Shown piece after piece: positions 1 to 10,370 of a stretch of 43,673 nt of DNA (the stretch's first letter is position 1; each line of letters opens with the position of its first letter). Source of the stretch: Hydrurus foetidus. Lineage: Eukaryota. The translations under genes were made by a program, and so were the position numbers. Where the stretch lies: contig UYFQ01000176.1 in NCBI GenBank assembly GCA_900617105.1, positions 1-43,673 of the forward strand, given 5' to 3'. A model generated the notes under the pieces. That model was given only the letters and a program-made list of their open reading frames with translations. It searched no databases and was not told the origin of the DNA.

Positions 1-1
1 T

Positions 2-322
2 ATCGATTGGACGACTGAGGTCAGTAACACTTGGAGGTAGGCTGTCGTATAGTTCTCTGGAGATGAAGTTGCTTCCCTGTGCGCCAGTATCAAGTAAACC
101 ACGACTGAAAGGCATCAGACCAGTGTTAGTTACAATGGTACCAGAACGAATGAAGGGTTGACATAGAGTTTGTGACGTAGTAGATGTCGCAGATGCTAGT
201 TGGTTGAGCAGTGCTTGCGTTAGGATTTTGTCCGGGTCAAAGATTGTCGGATGCGGATAGTCATTAGAGGAGGCGAGGTGATCTTCGATATGCATTTCGG
301 CAAAGGAAGGCCTCGCAAAATC
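2..322 (-). CDS. pol: N-terminus of Pol (aspartic protease), partial
   Basis: Manual translation after the gag TAG is open to the window edge: DFARPSFAEMHIEDH...GLMPFSRGLLDTGAQGSNFISRELYDSLPP. Confidence 0.85.
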
Positions 323-2110
323 CTATTTCTGATTTGGACGTGTCGAGGTGGACGGATAAGTAGGCTTTATGACTCCACGGAAGTTCGTAGAGCTGGTGGT
401 TTTAAAGCTTTGTGAGTTGTTTGTTTTCAAGTTGCTACTTGGTTCTTGTTTTGGCGAAGACCATGGCTCGAGCTGTCCATGCTGTTGGAGCTCACGTTTG
501 GCAAGTAGTGTAAATGATTGAATGCAGCGTTCTTGACCTGCAGTTGAATGGTCGAAGGTGCAACCAGAACTCTGGCGTGTGCATCTACCGTAGACAAATG
601 CTTCGCTGCAAAATCCACGAAATGTGGCAGAAACAGCTGAGCGTGAACGATGCTGATCTGTACTGATTGCAAGAAGTGAATCCTCAGTAGATATTTCCGC
701 GTTCGCGTCATTTGAAAGATCTAGATCTTCAGCCGAGTATGTAGGCGCATTTTCATCTTCTGTGTCCTCATCATTTTCATTGTCATGTGTGGATGACATC
801 TGTTGGGTAGAGAGCTCGATTGATGCAAAGTTGGACTGCAGTCGTTGGTCATGTCTGCGTGGAGTGGTGAATTGCGGACGGTTAGGTGCTGAGATCTGCT
901 GGCGTGTATAGGATTCGCCTTGAGTGTAGCGTAAATCTTCATAGCGTATAGGAGTGAGCTTTGCATCAAAGTCTTGACGAGACTCGCTTTGGACGCGGCC
1001 TTCCATGAGCCTGGCTCTGATGAACTTGACTGATGATTCTAAAGTCTTGTGTTTAACCAGTTCGTCCTTACTAAGCCACTGTAAGATTGAGTCTTTTTGT
1101 GTGCCCAAAGAGATGAGCCATAAGGCAATTTGGCCAGGGCTGTCCCTAGTTCCATAGGCTTGGACCGGTATCTTTGATTTGTTCGTGCTATGGTTGGAAG
1201 TTTCCTCGGACATAAGATCATGTAGGTGATGTAAGTCGGTCAGTGACTTCATTAATGGGGCGTAAAACGTACTGGAGAAGTTCTCGGTGGTTATGGATGG
1301 GGCTTGTGGGATTCCTTTGCCGAGAAATAGGATGAGTTCTTTCGAGTAGAGTTCTTTTGTGCGTGGCCTCGCAGCCTCTACCAGGATAGCTTGGACTTCC
1401 GAATTTGATAGAGATAGCCAATCTTCTACCATAATTTCGTTGGATTCAAGGCCAGTTATGAGAGATTCTCGATAACGATGGGAATTCCACGATGCTACGA
1501 CGTGTGGACGTAGGTTGTAGGAAACCATGTGAGCCATTTTAATTTCGCGGCCAGGATATTTAGAAGATAGTAGTTGAAGTTGTCGAGCTAAGTACTGAAG
1601 ACCTTCAAGTGAACTGACTTTGAGTTCCTTGTCGTATACAATATCGGCTTGAAGCACTTGTATGTTCGATTTGAACGGCGTATCTGCGAGGAGCGTATCC
1701 GTGAGCTGTGGGGTTGATGGAAGTTGAGATATGCCGAAGAACATTGAAGATCTTCTGCTGCCACGAGATCTAACGGGATAAGGAGTCTCCATGCTTTCCG
1801 AGCCCATTGGAGACTGAGTGCTAGATCTGTTAATTGCTTTGATTGCCTCTTTCAATTCGTTGATGTCGGCGCGGTTGCTAGCCTGAGTTTGATTGCTTGA
1901 TATCAAGAATTGGGAAAACATTTCCTTGAGCTCAAGAATTGCATTTTCTGTCTGATCTTCTTTTAAGCCCTCGATCTTCTTCTTTGCTTCTTCCTTCTTC
2001 AAGTCTTGAGTTTGGATTCCCTTTCCTTCCGACATTGTTTTAAAGAGAAAGGAGATGTAGACCTCTTCTTCTCGGAGTGGCTTTGCGAACGTATTGGATT
2101 TAGATTTCAC
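323..2110 (-). CDS. gag: Gag-like protein of LTR retrotransposon; first ATG probably at 2035 (MSEGKG)
   Basis: Long open ORF directly upstream of the protease, with a coiled-coil-like N-terminus, an acidic linker and a C-terminal Cys/His cluster (FCSEAFVYGRCTRQSSGCTFDH). Confidence 0.7.
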   Translation of the reverse strand: MKSKSNTFAKPLREEEVYISFLFKTMSEGKGIQTQDLKKEEAKKKIEGLKEDQTENAILELKEMFSQFLISSNQTQASNRADINELKEAIKAINRSSTQSPMGSESMETPYPVRSRGSRRSSMFFGISQLPSTPQLTDTLLADTPFKSNIQVLQADIVYDKELKVSSLEGLQYLARQLQLLSSKYPGREIKMAHMVSYNLRPHVVASWNSHRYRESLITGLESNEIMVEDWLSLSNSEVQAILVEAARPRTKELYSKELILFLGKGIPQAPSITTENFSSTFYAPLMKSLTDLHHLHDLMSEETSNHSTNKSKIPVQAYGTRDSPGQIALWLISLGTQKDSILQWLSKDELVKHKTLESSVKFIRARLMEGRVQSESRQDFDAKLTPIRYEDLRYTQGESYTRQQISAPNRPQFTTPRRHDQRLQSNFASIELSTQQMSSTHDNENDEDTEDENAPTYSAEDLDLSNDANAEISTEDSLLAISTDQHRSRSAVSATFRGFCSEAFVYGRCTRQSSGCTFDHSTAGQERCIQSFTLLAKRELQQHGQLEPWSSPKQEPSSNLKTNNSQSFKTTSSTNFRGVIKPTYPSTSTRPNQK

Positions 2111-2566
2111 TTACCTCAGAGATTCTGAATCTCGCTGAGCCAGGGCGTTCACTGCTTTCTGGCGTGTAAGAAACAAATCAACTGAGGGGAGTCGATTGTA
2201 ATAAACGTTGTCTCGTGTTTACTAGAAATATATATTTATGCTGTGTCACGGCTTCGACGAACTGGTCGAAGATGAAACGTTAATTGTCCAGTTGGGCAGA
2301 TTGGCGCAACTGGGGATCTTGTCAGACGAATTGGACTGAGCAAGGGATTTGGCTGACTCAAAGGAGTCGAAGTTGGTTTTGGGTTTTCAGTAACGTTAGT
2401 TAATAAGATGTGAAAGAAGTGTGAGATTAGCTACGATGGAGTATGTCTCGAGTTGAAGTTGTCGAACAGTCAGAAACCGAAAACTGGTCCGAAAAACTAG
2501 TGGCTACGAGTGACGTGCGTTGCGTATGTACATACGTGTGATTGATATGAAGTAACGAATGTAACA

Positions 2567-3274
2567 AACGATCACTCCTCGTCATTTACCTGAGACTGTT
2601 GAGCCTTTGGTTGGAATGCTTGTGACACCTGCTCTAATTGATAGAATGATCAGCGAGCTGTCAGAGTATGAGAAGGCTTGTACATCTCTTAATTGGATGA
2701 ACGATTCTTATGAGGATCGTTTGAAAAAAGTGGAATCATTCTGGGCATGTCATAAGCTCTTACCAGCGTGGACAGAGTACGCTCATCTCGTGTTCTTGCT
2801 GCAGCCCACCTCCGCTTGTGTCGAGAGATCCTTTTCGATTCCGAAGTACATCATGGGCGATCAACAAGTTAGTTCCTTGAGAGATAAGATAGAGGCATCG
2901 CTGATGCTGAGGTATAATAGAGGTGTCAAACAGTGATGATAGTTGAATTATGATTTACTTGTCGAGGTAACCAATGATCAATGATCACCTTGTAATCTAA
3001 CAATCAAGTCTCATAAGATGATTTCAAGTAGTGTTGGGTCCTATTTTCATGTCCAACGTCAATTTTCATGCCGAACGTCAATGTCGAAGAATTTTCATGC
3101 ATGAATTTTCATGGCATAAACGAGTTTTCACGATCGAATACAAGGCTATTTTACTGTATAAAATAGGAATAAATTGGCTACTGGCAAATTGTCAGAACAA
3201 TCAATACGTTGCCAATACTGCCAATAGGTGACTTTTTGGCAGGTGCCAATAGGGTGCTTTTTTGGGTCCGGCTG
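2567..3274 (+). mobile_element. 3' remnant of a hAT DNA transposon (C-terminal dimerization domain ending 2936, plus terminal region)
   Basis: FW...LPAW...LLQPTSACVERSFS...LRDKIEASLMLRYN matches the hAT dimerization domain pattern. Repeated GCCAATA motifs at 3210-3252 and an end in ...CCGGCTG suggest the subterminal region and TIR; the end position is tentative. Confidence 0.75.
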
Positions 3275-3341
3275 TACAAAGCCCTACTGTTGACAGTCTA
3301 TACTCTATACCGTTGACAGCAGGGGTACGGCGGGGTACTAC

Positions 3342-3707
3342 TGTCGTACGGTTGGATTTCAGTCTCACTGAATGTCGCACTAGATCTTCCTGCGAACGCT
3401 CTCCTTCTGCAACTTCTGCACAGTAGCTAGCAACTGACTCGGTTCGGAGAGAAAGCTCTGCTGTTTGTGAGGTGAAAGGTAATTAACAATGCAACGTGTC
3501 TTACATTGTTCATGGAGACAGCCGACACGATCGCGCTGTCCCATACGGTCAAACATGGTGTACTTTCATTGCTTTCGATGTTCCTGGGTTAAAAGGAACT
3601 TGGACCGTGTGGAGTAGCGACCTCGATACAGCACACGACGTTGAAATGTCATCAAGCGTACATACGTAATGACTTACTCGGTTACTTAACACACAGTTAT
3701 TCCGACA
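3342..3707 (-). repeat. Complete 366-bp 3' LTR of a copia-like element (TGTCGG...CGACA)
   Basis: TGTCG/CGACA inverted termini. It is preceded on the minus strand by ATAGGGGTG (3708-3716), nearly the same PPT as the full-length copia (TTAGGGGTG, 39594-39602). Its distal 147 bp recur inverted at 4907-5053. Confidence 0.8.
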
Positions 3708-3794
3708 CACCCCTATAGCGTGAGTCGTCGGATAGGGGCTATGTGTATAATGATTATGCAGGTGTATATGGAGGTGGGGAATAATGTAACTTCC

Positions 3795-4885
3795 TTAGTT
3801 TGATAACTTTCCAATGGCTACTGGTGCAGCTGCTTTGGTATTCAGGGCCGTGCACTCATCGGAGTAGTGTCCGGCTTCGCCACACTTATTACAATTTCCG
3901 GGACAGGTACCGGACGACGTACGCCCACCCTACCCTCTACCCCCGCTCCCGTTTACCTTCCCTTTCTCAGTCCCCGCCAGACGTTTTCGTATTGAAAATA
4001 TTGGTCTGGTTGGGTGGTGTTGCTAAAGCAGATTTCTTCGGTGTTACCTTGGCTATCTCGAGGTACGCGTCCTCGAGAGAGTCTGGCCATTCTTTGAGCC
4101 TATGCTCGTAGTACTCTACTTAATGGCGGTACCCCGAATTCAACCCGTTCATGAACTTTATCCCAGATAATATTTCATTGTGGGCGATCATGGCCTCGTT
4201 GTATTCGGGCATGACCCCTAGGGCACGCATAGTGTCTTCGTAACCAGTCTTCAGCGCTTTGAAGCGCTGGTAGTAAAACCTCAGGACGTCTTTCGGCTCC
4301 ATTCCCACGGTCTCGTACGCCATGCTTACTCTCAGCAAATTCTGATCCGCACCTAGTCTCGGGTCTAACAGGTGGGTCAGAATGACTGCTCGGAGTAGCA
4401 GTAGCGTGTCCTCCTCTAGCATGGCTGTGATGCCCGATTCCGTCTCTCTTATAGTCGATTTCGACTGTTCACTAATCTGTCCCAGCATGAGACCGAAAAC
4501 TTGTTTTCGGTCTTCCCTCAGCGTCAGGACTAGCTTGTCATAGAGCTCGAGTGCTCTCTTCCATTTAGTTGCAGCCATTAAGCCAGCATCGAACGCTACA
4601 TCCACTGGAGTGACATATTGCGGGTAAGTACCCGGTATGCCCTCATTGCCGAATATCTCTCAGATATCGGACTTATAGTTTGCGCGAGCGAAACTTTCTC
4701 ATCCATGTGCTTACGCTACTATGGTTCATCTCTCTTCCAAGATCCAGGAATGCGCCGATCGCGGCTACCGTTCCTGTTCTTGGTGGAGGCTTCGCACCGC
4801 GGCCAGCGTTCCCTCTACCACCGTTGGCAGGGTTTACTCGACCGCCTGCGGGATTGTGCTCTCGGCCTCTGCCTCTGCCCTTCAT
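3795..4885 (-). pseudogene. gag: Copia-like gag, disrupted by frameshifts and stops
   Basis: RG-rich N-terminus MKGRGRGR, a capsid-like middle (ORF 4120-4605), EWPDSLEDAY, and a CCHC zinc knuckle CNKCGEAGHYSDEC at about 3850-3893, spread over several frames. Confidence 0.8.
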
Positions 4886-4906
4886 TGCAAGTCGCAACTT
4901 CGAAAG

Positions 4907-5053
4907 TGTTAATTACCTTTCACCTCACAAACAGCAGAGCTTTCTCTTCGAGCCGAGTCAGTTGCTAGCTACTGTGCAGAAGTTGCAGAAGGAGAGCGTT
5001 CGCAGGAAGATCTAGTGCGACATTCAGTGAGACTGAAATCCAACCGTACGACA
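4907..5053 (+). repeat. 147-bp distal (R-U5-like) LTR segment, inverted relative to 3342-3488
   Basis: Reverse complement of 3342-3488 with 2 mismatches seen by eye. Confidence 0.95.
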
Positions 5054-5056
5054 TAA

Positions 5057-5243
5057 TTAACTGGAAGAAAGTTATACGTAGATAAAGAGATTAAACATGG
5101 TTTTGGTGATTACGTTCGAGTGCATAATGATGTCATTGATAACTCTACCAAACCAAGAACAGCCGGGGCCATAGCACTTATGAGCTCCGGTAATCTAGAA
5201 GGTTCATGGTACTATGTGCTGTTAACTAACGAACGTATTGTCT
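5057..5243 (+). pseudogene. Fragment of copia integrase C-terminal region
   Basis: LTGRKLYVDKEIKHGFGDYVRVHNDVIDNSTKPRTAGAIALMSSGNLEGSWYY resembles FFGRKADTKKDIGPPFGSYCQV...NNMDPRTIG...NGTGTHSF in the copia Pol at about 33720-33890. Confidence 0.7.
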
Positions 5244-6765
5244 GCTCTTTGCGCTCTATATTCTTGAAAACTCTTGTAGAGAGTGTTTGCTCTCTTTTTC
5301 CTTATGTGGGCCTTTAGAGGACCATTTGACACAAGATCTAATACCTGCAACTCCCCGGTCATATTCTTTGGTAGGAATGCGACTTCCACACCTATTTCTT
5401 CGATTGTTTCACATGTTTTTTTTTGGCTTCCGCAGTTATCACACCATAATAAGGTCTTACCAATTCTGTCTTTTATCGGCTTTATAACAACTTCAAACCA
5501 CATGCACATCCGGATTGAGTCGTTCCAGGCTTTATACTGGCTTGTAATCACATGTCTGGTGCCTTCATGAATGACATAAATGATTTTGTGCAGCGCTGTA
5601 ACGCCCTTAACAGTGAGTTCTTTATTCCACGTTTTTAGCGTCCATCCATCGCTAACAGCGAGACCATCTTTTTTATGCAGATCGCGAATAATTGTCATTT
5701 TTGTCTGATCTGGACGCATCTCAGAACTCACGGAATGTTTGATGATCATCATCAGTGGAGCAAAAAGATCCTCTGCACAGTTTTGTACTTGATATGCCAA
5801 TGTTAGTCGCTCCTTGCTGATCGTTCGGATAGAACATGTGAATTGGACCTATTGCCCAGGTAAATGCAGTCTCGTCGAAATTGAAAGTTGAATGCGAATC
5901 ATGACCAATGCTTAAGTACAATTCCTGTCCTTTTTGTAATACTGAGGAAATATCACTGTCGCTAGGAAGCAACTTGTCTTCTCTTGTAATCTTACGACGA
6001 TGTAATCCACCTCTACTTAAGAATCCTCTCACCCACTTATCATTGAATTTCATCGCTTTTATATTTTCATTCTCATTCCATCGCATTCTGTTCTGCACAG
6101 TTCTCGCCGCTGCTTCGACAATAGAATAAGAATATGTCACACTAACAAAAATGCGTATACTCATTTCATCATCCTGCGAGAAATATATAGTATTACATTA
6201 AACACTGTAGTGTTACATTATATACTACTACATGAACAAAAAATGTGTACAATATAAAACATACCAAAATAACAGGATTTTATCTTACCTGATTAGGACT
6301 ATTTTCAAACATGCACAGCATTAAATTCCCCCACACCTCGGATTCAAATACATTCTCAATTTTTGGGCCGGATTCTTTAATCTTTTTGTCTTTGGAGAGG
6401 TACCACCGTAGTATTGTTCGAGCCTCCACAGCACAATAATATTTATTTTCACTCAAAATTTTTGCTGTCGTTGTTGATGCAACAATGTCTAGAAGAACAT
6501 GATCGCGTTCCACAACAACCCCTTTAACAGTCTCAAAGAGTGAAATAGTTGTGCTTTGATCTTCGTCCCCGATATTTTCTTGGTAATTTTGTAATTGCTT
6601 ACAATACACGATCATCATCCTGGACATCTCCTACAGCTAATGCATCCTGATTTTCTATTTCAGATTCATTTTTGCTTTTTTTCTTGTCGTAAAAAATTTT
6701 CCGGTTTTTTGAGGAGGAGGTTTTAATAGAGGATTGAAGGCAAAATTTGACATTCTTCTCACCAT
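5244..6765 (-). pseudogene. Decayed pogo/Tc1-mariner (DDE_1-type) transposase, probable intron 6174-6288
   Basis: KFNDKWVRGFLSR, NFDETA, LLWCDNCGS and FLPKNMTGELQVLD motifs across frameshifted ORFs. A GTAAG...TCGCAG intron joins the ORF segments. Boundaries are approximate. Confidence 0.8.
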
Positions 6766-8778
6766 AATTAGCCTCCATTGTCTTCAGTAACTTCTCTGTC
6801 TTATTTTGTATTGCTCTAACTTTTAATTACGATGGCGATTTCCGTGTCACTTTTTTGGGCGCTTTTCAGGGACAATAACCTTCGCTGTTAGTGGAGCTCT
6901 AATAGACATGATCATGGGCAAGTATAGATCACTAAATGCAGAGGATGGTGACGTGCGAAACGACTCTGGGTAGTTACTCTTGCGCATGAGATACCTCATT
7001 CTTCCCAGTAAATTGGAGACAGTCTCGTTCTCTGGAGAGCTGACATAGCCGAGGAATTTATCTTTCAATACTCTCTGAGCAAACTTTAGATGGAAAAAAT
7101 CTCTCACGGTTTGAGCCTCAAGGCCTTCTGGTACAACGAGTAATCATCTCTTGTTCAATAATCTTTGGAAAATTGATAGTCCGTGCTGCAGAGCACCGGA
7201 GTGAACATAGAAATTGGCAGTGTCTGCAAATGGTTGAAGGTTCAACTTGTCGCTTAGTTTTACAGCAGACAGCAGACCATAGCATTTCAGCATTGCTGCT
7301 ATCAACCTGGTGCCTAGCAAGAAGAATGGCCACTATACATGCACAATAGCCGACTGGCAGATTGTAGTCCTTGACTGTAACCTTCATTACAACTGTTTTC
7401 AAATAATTAGGCATCAAACTTAGCGCCCTCGTGATTCGAACATTTTGCATGCAAAAATAGTCGTTGATATCACCTGAATCAACTCTCAAAAATTATTTCT
7501 GACAACTGGCATCATTAAAATATGCTCTGAAGTTATACCATTCGATATTGGGAACACTTTTTTGATTCGAAAGTTTGTAATTTTTCCTTCTCCGAGCACA
7601 GAATATCTTGATGCAGTGAGCAGCTGATACTCTGCAGTACAGAACGTGATAAAGAGAGTTGTGAGAACTGCAAAACTGATTGAGATCTTGGGCAGGTTGT
7701 TAAAACTCTGATACATCAAATATACAGCTGTACATGAGATGCGGACCCTGCAATACCATAATCGAAACAAAACAATAGGCAGGGGACGGTACCCCTTTTC
7801 AAATATTCCCACAAAATGTCAATATTCCCCCAAAAATTTCGAGTGTCGACCCCTACAAATAATTTTTAGTCCCCTCTACAAAAAAAATGTCCAAAATGAA
7901 TGAAATGCAAATTGTTGCCGCGTCACGTGCAAATTGAAAAACTTCGCATAAGATCTTGACTTCGTCGCCACCTCTCATCTGCAGCTGTTTTTGCGACGTA
8001 TTCGTGTTTTTGACCACAGAATCAAAGTAACAATTATTTGGACCTCTATCAAAAACACGAAAAAAACTCCCCGCAAAATAAAATCTCCCGTTTAGGCTAA
8101 TCCTTATGATAAAACACTGACAGGCACCAAAAGCTCAAATTCTTCGATGGGAGTCGACCGCACATCTCCGAATTTGTTGGATAGCCCTAGATTGTTTTTT
8201 TACTCTGTTTAATTAATGATAAGTTTAGGACGAGAAACCCTAGCTTATCACCTTTTTTGATGTCGTCACTCCACTGCTACGAGCACTTTCGCAGCTCAGC
8301 ACATTAAAACTTATAGGAGCTCAATGTTCATTAAATTGCAGCACGTGAAGCACGTCATTACAAAAAATAGCCAATCTATCGATAGTAGGCTTCTTTTGAA
8401 GCATCGCAACCACAGCTGCCGAATCCAGAAGCGATAAGATCCTCCAGAAAAGTTGGATCACATTGAATAGTGAGATAAAATTCAATAGCGGATATAGCAT
8501 CAGTAAGCTCGGAGGGCAGCGGTAGCTTTCAGTTATGGCATTATCGATCCAATGGTTTGTCTATCTTGTGCCTACCGCGCTGTGCGGGTCACCATTCGAG
8601 GCGGTCAGATGCAGCTTGTCATGGCATCCTCACTGCTATCATTCCTGGCATCGCAAGATTAGCACATCATCCTGTATAGATTAGCACATGAAAGATGTTG
8701 AATGGGAGTTCAAGCTCATAGGAGAGATAGATCGGCATGTCGTAGAGTGGAAATACAGCCATAAAAAATCAATTTTTA

Positions 8779-8855
8779 AACTTAGGGAGGCAAACTTTGA
8801 CAGTGTGCTTGTAGAGTACTAGACGTTATTTTGCCGAAGTTTGCCTCCCTAAGTT
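8779..8855. repeat. Perfect 19-bp inverted repeat / tiny MITE-like hairpin (second copy 15309-15385)
   Basis: AACTTAGGGAGGCAAACTT (8779-8797) and AAGTTTGCCTCCCTAAGTT (8837-8855), with a 39-bp spacer. Confidence 0.85.
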
Positions 8856-9159
8856 GCACAGGCCAGAAAGCATGTGGGAAAAAAATGCGCCCAGGCCTCA
8901 AGCGAATTCGAGGTAGAGACGCATCACTCAATAAATTTTGTGACTGATCCAACATGATGAAGATTTGATCAGTCGGAATAAAATCATATCTTCCAGTTGG
9001 CTGCAGCGATTATTATGTACTATGTGTCTGCCAGAGCGTAGATATACAGGTGAGATAGCACAATCTGTAAGTTGTAGTTGGGTTTCGAGTAAGAGAGCTG
9101 TGAGATTTTTTTGGCGGGGCCAGGCGGGGAAACCGTCCCCTCTCCTTTTAATACCCCCT

Positions 9160-9262
9160 TGCCCTGGCTTCCCGGGAAAAAACCTCCCGCTCAAAAAAAC
9201 AAAAAACGAAAAAATTCCTGGGCGTACGGAACCCAATCCCTGGCTTCCCAGGAAAAATTTTT
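9160..9262 (+). repeat. Dispersed about 76-bp repeat family (AAAAATTCCTGGGCGTACGGAACCCAATCCCTGGCTTCCCAGG), transposon-subterminal-like
   Basis: The same motif occurs in direct orientation at about 9210, 15742, 22260 and 22335, with diverged partial copies at 22885-22945. Confidence 0.8.
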
Positions 9263-9894
9263 CCAGTCAAAAAAATGAGTCTTCCCGCCGTGGGCGGAAA
9301 AGGAAACTTCCCCCCAATTTTAAAATATTCCCGCAAAGAAATTGAATATTTCCCCTAATTTTCGAAGTTTGAAAACTTTTAATTTCCCACTAAGAAATTC
9401 AAAATTACTCCTAATTTTCAAAGTTCAGAAACGGACTTTCATGTCAGAATATTTCCTGAAGCTGCCGGCCAGCTGCCAGCTCAGTTCTCTCGATGTCATC
9501 TACATCTTCAAGTACTACTCAGGTAGAGAACACGTCGAAGACACAATATCATCTCTTCTGAATCAGAAATTCGCGTTTCCCGTTGAATTTTATTGTCGTC
9601 TGCTGCAGAGAGCGCATTCAAGTATTCCGAAACCATTCAGTTCAGGAAAAGAAGGTGACGCCTCACTTCATGCATTAGGAATTCACTACTAGAACGCAGA
9701 TTGACTTCAACCACTACCTGAAACTGACTCAACTCCTCGAAATCCCGCAGAAAAACAGCTGGCATTCGTCAGCCGGACCGGCTTTCACGATTGATTGACG
9801 CCGGAAAATTACATTCATAGAAATTTGACATCGTTTTGAAATATCAAAGCACAAAAGCCCGAGACCAATGCCATCTGGCGCGAAGGCATTTACT

Positions 9895-10370
9895 AATATC
9901 AGTTGATCTGTCAACTTCTCCCAAGCTGGAAACGCGTTCCACTTTTCCCGCAAGAGCGTCTACAGCAGCAGCAGCAGCAGCTTACTACCGGCGCAGCACG
10001 TCACCGCCAAGTGGCGTCCATCCTTCCCGGAGTCGATCGCCATCACAACGCCATTGTCTATTAATATGCCATGTCATCATCTCAGTTGATCTGTCAACTT
10101 CTCCCAAGCTGGAAATACATTCAACTCATCCCGCGAGAGCTTCCACAGCAGCAGCGTCCACGGCAGCAGCAGCTTAATACCGACGCAGAACGTCACCATC
10201 CAGTGGCGTCCACCCTTCCTGGAGTCGAACGCCATCAGAAAGTTACCATCAATCATCATATCTTCTCATCGTCTCAGCTGATATGTCAGCTTCCCCCCGG
10301 ATGGAAATGCATGAAACTTATTCCGCGAGGACTTCCACAGATGAAGAAGCGTCCGCGGCAGCAGCGTCTA
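9895..10370. repeat. Three diverged about 185-bp repeats (CAGTTGATCTGTCAACTTCTCCCAAGCTGGAAA core); duplicated at about 16425-16900
   Basis: Core at about 9900, 10083 and 10275; each unit contains a TCYAC(A/G)GCAGCAGC seed. Confidence 0.75.

Larger units (their letters stand above)
1..2566 (-). mobile_element. 5' part of an LTR retrotransposon, probably Ty3/gypsy-like (5' LTR, gag, start of protease); runs off the left edge
   Basis: Gag-like ORF followed in frame by an aspartic protease motif (GLLDTGAQGSNFIS). The minus strand begins TGTTAC at 2566, exactly where a hAT transposase reading frame is cut off. The inner LTR boundary is uncertain (candidate ...TTATTACA at 2197). RT and IN are not in the window, so the superfamily is inferred. 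Confidence 0.75.

Noticed and set aside
2186..2370. GGAGTCGA repeated near the left-edge element's candidate PBS and inside its LTR, as a self-priming pair
   Set aside because: The two copies are direct, not inverted, so they cannot base-pair.
3277..3343. Possible pogo-type terminus (minus strand CAGTAGTACCCC) abutting the LTR end
   Set aside because: No partner TIR found in the window, and it overlaps the LTR terminal bases.
3342..5053. DNA transposon or DIRS-like element with 147-bp terminal inverted repeats
   Set aside because: No TSD, transposase or tyrosine recombinase inside. The left arm is the distal part of a normal PPT-preceded LTR.
6847..7812. Three adjacent minus-strand ORFs that might be a decayed gene
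   Set aside because: No motif I can recognise, so no product can be supported.
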